Shown here piece by piece: positions 58,306-64,000 of a DNA stretch of 64,000 bases. Below the pieces are notes generated by a model, which saw only the letters and a list, made by a program, of their open reading frames with translations, had not been told where the DNA came from and ran no database searches. Position numbers and translations under genes: made by a program. Origin of the DNA: Candidatus Eiseniibacteriota bacterium (GTDB lineage: Bacteria > Eisenbacteria > RBG-16-71-46 > SZUA-252); contig JANMQV010000003.1 of the NCBI GenBank assembly GCA_031370645.1, positions 15,435-79,434 of the forward strand, written 5' to 3'. Each line of letters begins with the position of its first letter. Position 1 is the stretch's first letter.

Positions 58306-59064
58306 ATGGGGAGCCTCATGTCCGGACTGCTTCGACTCGCCTCGTGCAGCGCTTTTTCTCCGGCGAGGGCCGCCTTCGGTGGCGGTCCCGCCGCGAGATC
58401 CGCCCCCGGCACTCCTTCCGTCGCACTCGTGCTTTCGGGGGGACTCCATGTCGCAGCTCTCGCCGTCTTCCTGATCGCTGCCGCGCGGTCGGGATCGGAT
58501 GAGCCCACCGGTCGGGAAATTCGAATTTCGTTCGACCCACCAGGAATCGTGCTGACGCCGTTGATTCCAACCGTCCGCGTGGATCCGGCACCACCTCCCG
58601 CGCGGGGAGACGGCCGGATCACCCCGGTCGAGAGGGTCGACCGCGACCTTCGAAAGTCGCTGGAGGATGTCCTGCGGGGCGTCGGAACGACGAAGGGGAT
58701 CCTTCCCGATCGGCCGGTCTCGCCGAGCGGGCATGGCGATGGCGACCTACCTCCGACGGCGAAGGTCGCCTCGGTGGCCACAGACGAGGTAAGTAACTAC
58801 GACGAGGCGCCCTTCCCGGTCTATGCGCCGGAGCCGGAGTACCCCTCCATGCCGCTGGAGGCGGGGATCGAAGGAAAAGTGGTCCTGGAAGCCCTTGTGG
58901 GGCGGGACGGGCTCGTCCGCCAGGTCGTCGTTAAGGAGGGGAATCCGATGCTGGCCGAATCGGCTTCCAAGGCGGTCAAATTGTGGCGCTTCAAGCCTGG
59001 TCTGTGGCGAGGTCGGGCCGTCACGACGTGGGTGGCGATTCCGGTGGTATTCCGCATCTATTAG
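58306..59064 (+). CDS. tonB: Energy transducer TonB 2 (start uncertain)
   Basis: TM SGGLH, PEYP..AGIEGKV, WRFKPG. Confidence 0.85.
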   Translation: MGSLMSGLLRLASCSAFSPARAAFGGGPAARSAPGTPSVALVLSGGLHVAALAVFLIAAARSGSDEPTGREIRISFDPPGIVLTPLIPTVRVDPAPPPARGDGRITPVERVDRDLRKSLEDVLRGVGTTKGILPDRPVSPSGHGDGDLPPTAKVASVATDEVSNYDEAPFPVYAPEPEYPSMPLEAGIEGKVVLEALVGRDGLVRQVVVKEGNPMLAESASKAVKLWRFKPGLWRGRAVTTWVAIPVVFRIY

Positions 59065-59072
59065 CGACCCGC

Positions 59073-59114
59073 GGCGCCCCCGGGGACGAAGCCGGTCCCG
59101 GGGGCGTTTTCGTT
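59073..59114 (+). terminator. Intrinsic terminator after tonB2
   Basis: GC stem CGCCCCCGGG(G)AC / GTCCCGGGGGCG followed by TTTTCGTT. Confidence 0.65.
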
Positions 59115-59142
59115 GACAGGCTGCGAGCCCGAAGGATAGCCT
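59113..59142 (+). promoter_or_regulatory. Sigma70-type promoter TTGACA-N18-TAGCCT
   Basis: Directly after the terminator; -10 ends 8 nt before ATG 59151. Confidence 0.6.
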
Positions 59143-59150
59143 GAACGGTC

Positions 59151-59939
59151 ATGCGCGCTCCCGGCAATCGCTCTCGTCGCAATCTTTTCTGGGGCTTGAC
59201 CGCCGGATCGACCGCCGCGCTCTTGGCACCGGCGATCGTGGCCGCGGCCGAGGCGCGGGTGCCCCACCAGAGCGGGCTGGTCGAGCTCTACTGGACCGGT
59301 GGCGTGTTCATGCATCCGATCCTCTTCTGCTCGGTCGCCGGGCTCGCCCTCATCATCGAGAGGGCGTGGTTCTTCACCCGCGCGCGGACCGACACCCGTC
59401 GCCTCATGGGCGAACTGCTTCGCACGCTGCAAGACCAAGGGCTCGAATCGGCGCAGCGGATGCTCCATGCGCGCCGGGGGCCGATCGCGGCCGTCCTCCA
59501 CTCCGGACTCGCGAGAGCCAAGCGGGGCCCCGAGGCGGTGGAGAAGGCGATCGAAACGGCCGCCTCGATCGAGATCGCGCTTCTCGAGCGAGGCCTCATC
59601 TGGCTCGCCACGGTCGCGAACATCGCTCCACTCCTCGGGTTTCTCGGGACCGTCTCGGGGATGATCCACGCGTTCGAGGCGATCGCCGCCGCGGAAGAGG
59701 TCTCCGCGAAACTCGTGGCCACCGGCATCTACGAGGCGCTCATCACGACCGCCGCGGGGCTCATCGTGGCGATTCCGGTGCAGGCCGCGCACAACTACTT
59801 CGTCTCACGCATCGACAAGTTCGTCATCGACATTGAGGAATCGGGCGCGGAACTGATCGACACGCTGACGACACACTCGAAGCAATGGGAGCACTTCCTC
59901 ACGACGATCCACACTCCGGGCACGTCGGCGCAGCGCTGA
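59151..59939 (+). CDS. exbB: MotA/TolQ/ExbB proton channel protein 2
   Basis: GGVFMHPI, APLLGFLGTVSGMI, GIYEALITTAAGL. Confidence 0.92.
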   Translation: MRAPGNRSRRNLFWGLTAGSTAALLAPAIVAAAEARVPHQSGLVELYWTGGVFMHPILFCSVAGLALIIERAWFFTRARTDTRRLMGELLRTLQDQGLESAQRMLHARRGPIAAVLHSGLARAKRGPEAVEKAIETAASIEIALLERGLIWLATVANIAPLLGFLGTVSGMIHAFEAIAAAEEVSAKLVATGIYEALITTAAGLIVAIPVQAAHNYFVSRIDKFVIDIEESGAELIDTLTTHSKQWEHFLTTIHTPGTSAQR

Positions 59940-59964
59940 CGGCCAGGATCCGGTCACCCGACAC

Positions 59965-60372
59965 ATGAGAATCGACAGACGACGCTCCTCCAATCCCGAA
60001 ATTCCGCTCGTCTCGACATCGGACGTGGCGTTTCTCCTTCTCATCTTTTTCCTCTCGACCTCGGCGCTGAGCGTCGAGCGGGGACTTCTGCTCGAACTGC
60101 CGCGCGCGGGCGATGCCCCCGTCGTGATTTCGGCTTCGCGGATCGTTTCGGTTTCCGTCGCCGCCGACGGGACCTTCACCCTCGAGGGGATGCCGCTCTC
60201 GGCAGCCGCGCTCCGTGCGGGGCTGCTCCAACGTCTCGGCGCGGCGCCCGACGCGGTCGTTCGATTGCGCGTCGATCCGGCCGCGCCGTACGCGGCCTTC
60301 GTATCGGCCCTGGATCAGGTGAAGCTCTCGGGCGCACGGCAACTCTCACTCGAGTCGGGGACCGCCTCGTGA
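59965..60372 (+). CDS. exbD: ExbD/TolR protein 3
   Basis: SDVAFLLLIFF TM with Asp; RVDPAAPY. Confidence 0.88.
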   Translation: MRIDRRRSSNPEIPLVSTSDVAFLLLIFFLSTSALSVERGLLLELPRAGDAPVVISASRIVSVSVAADGTFTLEGMPLSAAALRAGLLQRLGAAPDAVVRLRVDPAAPYAAFVSALDQVKLSGARQLSLESGTAS

Positions 60373-60779
60373 AGTTCAGACGCCGCGTCCACATTCAGCC
60401 GTCGATTCCGACCGCCTCCATGGCCGACATCGCCATGCTCCTCCTCATCTTCTTCATGAGCACGTCGATCATCCAGACGCACCAGAGGGCGGCCGTGCGA
60501 TTGCCGGGGGCGACGGCGGGGGACCGAATCCACTCCGAAGAGATGATTCGCGTTTCCGTCGGGCCGAACGGGGAAGTCGCGTTCAACGATGCCCGCGTGC
60601 CGCTCGCGAATGTCGGCGCCCTGCTGGCGGAGAAGCGAGCGCTTCGGCCGACCCTGGTCGTGGCGCTCTACGCGGACGCGCGCACGCCCTACGCCATCGT
60701 CGGTTCGGTGCTCGATCAATTGAAGGCGGCGCGCATGCCGCGCGTGACCCTCGCGACGACGAGGCGGGGAGGATCGTGA
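60369..60779 (+). CDS. exbD: ExbD/TolR protein 4
   Basis: IPTASMADIAMLLLIFFM; YADARTPY. Confidence 0.88.
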   Translation: MKFRRRVHIQPSIPTASMADIAMLLLIFFMSTSIIQTHQRAAVRLPGATAGDRIHSEEMIRVSVGPNGEVAFNDARVPLANVGALLAEKRALRPTLVVALYADARTPYAIVGSVLDQLKAARMPRVTLATTRRGGS

Positions 60780-61468
60780 ATTTCACCGACCGCATCCCGT
60801 CGCTTCGCCGGAACTACTACCGGCGCGTTCGAACCGCGTTCGTGATCGCGGGCGCGGTTCACCTCATCGCCTTCGCCACGGCGCCCGCCTATCGCCCCGC
60901 ACCGCGCATCATGCGTCCCGATCCGCTCCGACTCCTGCCGGCCGGAGGAGCGTGGGGGCGTCAGGTCGTGGATCTGGCCGCGACGGGGAGGGTGCTCGCA
61001 CCGGAGTCGCGCCTCCGCACCTCGCCGGTTGCCGGAGTCATTCCCGCCAGAGAAGGGGAGGTCGTCTCGGAACAATGGACGCCGGTTCCGCCGGCGGGTG
61101 CGGCGAGATCCTCGGGTACTCCGGGCGCCTCGGTGGGCGGCGGAGGCGGGAGCATGGAGGAGGATGCGGCGCCAGTCTATTATGGATACGACACTCCTCC
61201 GCGCGCGCTCCGGACCTTCGAGCCCGCGTATCCGACGGCCGCGAAGGCGTCGGGATTTGAGGGCACCGTGGTGATCAATATCAACCTCGACGAGCATGGA
61301 GGCATCTTACGGGCGTGGGTGGCTTCGGCCAGCGCTCCGGAGCTCCTCATCGCGACCGCGCTCGACGCCGTCTACCAGTTCCGGTTCGCTCCGGGGCTGG
61401 CGCGCGGAGTGCCGGTCAAGTGCACCGTGGCGATTCCGTTTCGATTCTTGTTGAAGCAAGTCAGTTAA
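60776..61468 (+). CDS. tonB: Energy transducer TonB 3
   Basis: TM with His, PAYP..AKASGFEGTV, FRFAPG, IPFRF. Confidence 0.85.
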   Translation: MNFTDRIPSLRRNYYRRVRTAFVIAGAVHLIAFATAPAYRPAPRIMRPDPLRLLPAGGAWGRQVVDLAATGRVLAPESRLRTSPVAGVIPAREGEVVSEQWTPVPPAGAARSSGTPGASVGGGGGSMEEDAAPVYYGYDTPPRALRTFEPAYPTAAKASGFEGTVVININLDEHGGILRAWVASASAPELLIATALDAVYQFRFAPGLARGVPVKCTVAIPFRFLLKQVS

Positions 61469-61487
61469 CACGATGGGGGGCAGTATC

Positions 61488-62192
61488 ATGAGCGCTGAGA
61501 TCGTGGAAGCGACCGGAACGCCCGAGCCGAAGGGCGCGAATGAGTTCGGTAGCCTCGGCTCCATCTTCGTCAATCCCCGCGGAACGTTCGCGGCCATGGC
61601 GGAGCGGCCCCGCTTTATCCTGGCGATGATTCTCGTCATCGTGGCGATGTCGGCCCTGACCATCCCGATCTTCCAGTCCGGGGTCGTGCGAGACGAAACG
61701 ATCGCGAAGATGGAGGCGAAGGGGACCCCCCAGCCGCAGATCGACGCCACCGAGAAGTTCTTCGATTCCCCCATGGGAATCGTGATGGGGATCGCCGGGA
61801 ATCTCGTCGGCGTGCCGTTCGCGCTCCTCTTCAGCGCGGCGCTTCTCTTTTTCATGGGGAACTTCATGCTGGGCGGGAAACTTCGCTTCCCGCACTACTT
61901 GAGCGCCGCCTGCTACGGATCGGTCGTCTCCCTCATCGATCACGCCGTGAGGATGGCGCTCGTGGTGACGAAGGAGTCGATGGACGTACGGCTCGGCCTC
62001 GGGAATCTTTTCGGGGAAGATCTCCCCTATATCGGCAGAGTGATCGATTCGCTTACCGATCCGCTCCTTCTCTGGGCGTTCGCGATCACGGCGCTCGGCG
62101 TCGCGGTCTACGCGAAAAAGGGGTTCAGCTTCGGCGTCCTCGCGTCGCTGCCGAGCCTCATCGTGAGCCTCCTCCTCTCCGGAATGCGCTAG
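61488..62192 (+). CDS. Yip1 family membrane protein (YknW-like); ATG 61473 is an alternative start
   Basis: IFVNPRGTF..MAERP then about five TM helices; precedes efflux genes. Confidence 0.75.
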   Translation: MSAEIVEATGTPEPKGANEFGSLGSIFVNPRGTFAAMAERPRFILAMILVIVAMSALTIPIFQSGVVRDETIAKMEAKGTPQPQIDATEKFFDSPMGIVMGIAGNLVGVPFALLFSAALLFFMGNFMLGGKLRFPHYLSAACYGSVVSLIDHAVRMALVVTKESMDVRLGLGNLFGEDLPYIGRVIDSLTDPLLLWAFAITALGVAVYAKKGFSFGVLASLPSLIVSLLLSGMR

Positions 62193-62196
62193 AGGC

Positions 62197-62223
62197 GGAA
62201 ACCAAACGCCGGCGAGCGGCGTA
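62197..62223 (+). promoter_or_regulatory. Possible ECF-sigma promoter GGAAAC-N17-CGTA
   Basis: AAC...CGT pattern with 17-bp spacing upstream of tolC. Confidence 0.4.
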
Positions 62224-62289
62224 CTACCACTACCGCCTGTTCTGGCGGCCCTTTTGTTTCTACCCGTGTCCCTGATCTGGAGAAAACGC

Positions 62290-63714
62290 ATGCGATTCGG
62301 TACTCGCTTCGCCCTCAGTACCCTCGCCGCGACCGCCGTGTTGTCGGCCGGCGAACTGGCGCCGCCGCCGGCTCGCGCCGCGGCCGATTCCACCATGGTC
62401 GTGGCGACGCAGGCGGGTGAGGTCTGGTCGCTTGCGCGCTGCGTTCAGACGGCCCTCGAAAGCAACGGCGAAGTCCGCGGAGCGAAGGCGAGGACGGTTC
62501 AGGCTCGCGGCGGCGCGCTCCGCGCGTGGTCGAACATTCTGCCGACGGTTTCGGCCGACGCGACCTATTCGCGCATCGAGCCCGACAAGCAGAGTTCGCT
62601 CCGGATCACCGACATCATCACGCCGGGGGCGCCTCCCGATACGACGACGTACGCCGGCTCGGCCGACCGCATCACGTCACGCGTTCTCTCCGCGGGGGCG
62701 CAGGCGAACCTGTTCCACCTCTCCGCGTGGAGCGAGAAGAGACGCCAGAATCAGGTCCGATCGAGCGCCGAGCAGTCCGAATCGGAGACGAGAAACGATG
62801 TCGTCTACCAAGTGAAGCAGCAGTACTTCGAGTGCGTGAAAGCGGTTCGGCTCGCCGATGTGGCCCGCGAATCGGAGCGGTTGGCGCGCGACGAGGAGAA
62901 GCGCGCGGAGGCGCTCTTTCAGGTGGGGAGCGTCGCCAAGGGTGACGTGCTCAAGGCGAGGGCCCGCCGCGCCACAACTCAATTGAGCCGCATCCAAGGG
63001 GAGAATCAGGTCCAGATCCAGAACCACCGCCTGCGGCGACTTCTTGGCGACGCGTCGATCGGACCCATCGCGGTCGAGACGTCGATGGAGGAATCGGTCA
63101 CGGTGCCCGACTCGGCGAGCGTCGTGTTGAGCGCCCTCAGATTCCGCCCCACGATCGCGAGCGCCCAGGCCTCCGAGAGGGCCGCGCGGACCGGGCTCTT
63201 CGGCGCGCGGGCGGCGAGGCTTCCGTACGTGACCGGCTCGATCAACGTGGACCGCCAAAAGCGTACCGAGGGGCAAGATCTCACAGGATACGGCGCGTTC
63301 GAAGTGGAGTCGCCCGCCACGACGCAGTGGAGCGGGCAGGTCCGTCTTTCGCTCCCGATCTTCGACGGTCTCGCACTCGAAGGGAACATGCGCTCCGCGA
63401 AGGGGCGGGTCCTCGCGGCCGAGGCGAGCCGCCGACAGTTGGAACTCGATGTCACCGTGGAGGCGCAGCAGGCATGGCTCCTTTTGAAGGAAGCGGTGGA
63501 GCGGATCGCCGTCGCGCGCGAAGGGGTTACCTCGGCGGAGGAAGACCATAAGTTCTCAAAGAGCCGCTACGAGCTCGGCGCGGGGACCTACCTCGACCTG
63601 CTCAACGCGGAGGTGAGCCTCGAACAGGCGCGGCAGCAGCTGGTCGAGGCGCAGGCCGACGCGCGCGTCGCCGAAGCGGCGCTGGAACGGGCGATCGGGG
63701 AGCGGCGCTACTAG
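62290..63714 (+). CDS. TolC family outer membrane efflux protein
   Basis: Signal peptide; two OEP repeats; LPIFDG; RYELG..TYLDLL. Confidence 0.9.
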   Translation: MRFGTRFALSTLAATAVLSAGELAPPPARAAADSTMVVATQAGEVWSLARCVQTALESNGEVRGAKARTVQARGGALRAWSNILPTVSADATYSRIEPDKQSSLRITDIITPGAPPDTTTYAGSADRITSRVLSAGAQANLFHLSAWSEKRRQNQVRSSAEQSESETRNDVVYQVKQQYFECVKAVRLADVARESERLARDEEKRAEALFQVGSVAKGDVLKARARRATTQLSRIQGENQVQIQNHRLRRLLGDASIGPIAVETSMEESVTVPDSASVVLSALRFRPTIASAQASERAARTGLFGARAARLPYVTGSINVDRQKRTEGQDLTGYGAFEVESPATTQWSGQVRLSLPIFDGLALEGNMRSAKGRVLAAEASRRQLELDVTVEAQQAWLLLKEAVERIAVAREGVTSAEEDHKFSKSRYELGAGTYLDLLNAEVSLEQARQQLVEAQADARVAEAALERAIGERRY

Positions 63715-63737
63715 CGCCGCGCGGGGGAAATCGAACC

Positions 63738-64000
63738 ATGAAAGGCCGGACCAAGGCGCTCCTCATTGGAGGGGGAGCGTTGCTGGTGATTCTCGTGATC
63801 GCGGCGAACATCGCGCGGTCCTCAGGAGGGAAGACCGCCGTCCAGGTGGGCGAGGTCAAGAAGGGGACGATCACGGCGACCGTGCGCGCCCCCGGTCGCA
63901 CGCAGCCCGAGACGATGGTGAAGGTGAGCGCGGATGTTCCCGGTAAGGTGATTCGCCTCGCCATCAAGGAAGGCGATCGCGTGAAGCGGGGTCAGTTCCT
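63738..64000 (+). CDS. Efflux periplasmic adaptor (MacA/HlyD-type MFP), 3'-truncated by the window edge
   Basis: Hand translation MKGRTKALLIGGGALLVILVI...VKVSADVPGKVIRLAIKEGDRVKRGQF: TM anchor plus lipoyl-like motif. Confidence 0.85.
   Translation, partial: MKGRTKALLIGGGALLVILVIAANIARSSGGKTAVQVGEVKKGTITATVRAPGRTQPETMVKVSADVPGKVIRLAIKEGDRVKRGQF

Noticed and set aside
1..64000. CRISPR arrays, tRNA/rRNA, IS elements, prophage or defence genes
   Set aside because: None recognised by eye; short or divergent elements cannot be excluded without tRNAscan-SE, Infernal or repeat searches

Overview
A 64-kb, GC-rich, gene-dense core-genome segment of a diderm bacterium. An FCB-superphylum lineage such as Ca. 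Eisenbacteria is inferred (not proven) from the LpxC-FabZ fusion, the FlgD/T9SS-like C-terminal domain and the ExbB-ExbD-ExbD-TonB-PstS-TPR gene set. All genes but two are on the + strand. In order: purM (5'-partial), a sensor-less sigma54 activator, a Gfo/Idh/MocA oxidoreductase, lnt, an orphan EcfT-like gene, truA, htrA, purB-purL-purQ-(tandem PurS-like)-purF, an orphan MshEN-PilB/GspE ATPase behind a sigma28-like promoter, then lysS-lolC/E-lolD-mcsA-mcsB-clpC-bamA-skp-lpxD-lpxC/fabZ-lpxA-gnnA-like-lpxB-waaA-lpxK-nadB-Minf_1886-like-msbA-GT9-2-hydroxyacid dehydrogenase, tdh-kbl-waaF-ubiA-like, a minus-strand TPR/Zn-finger + DUF4388 pair, asnS, a secreted M14 carboxypeptidase, a receptor-less double ExbB-ExbD-ExbD-TonB cluster with a PstS-like lipoprotein, TPR protein and STAS protein, and Yip1-TolC-MFP (3'-partial). 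No rRNA, tRNA, CRISPR array, transposase or integrase was recognised. Best leads: the double motor cluster, the TPR/Zn-finger + DUF4388-pseudopilin-like pair, the fused PurS dimer, the sigma28/MshEN ATPase, two candidate structured RNAs (4522-4610, 52377-52510) and three candidate leaderless promoters. All calls are by-eye motif recognition; no searches or folding computations were run.
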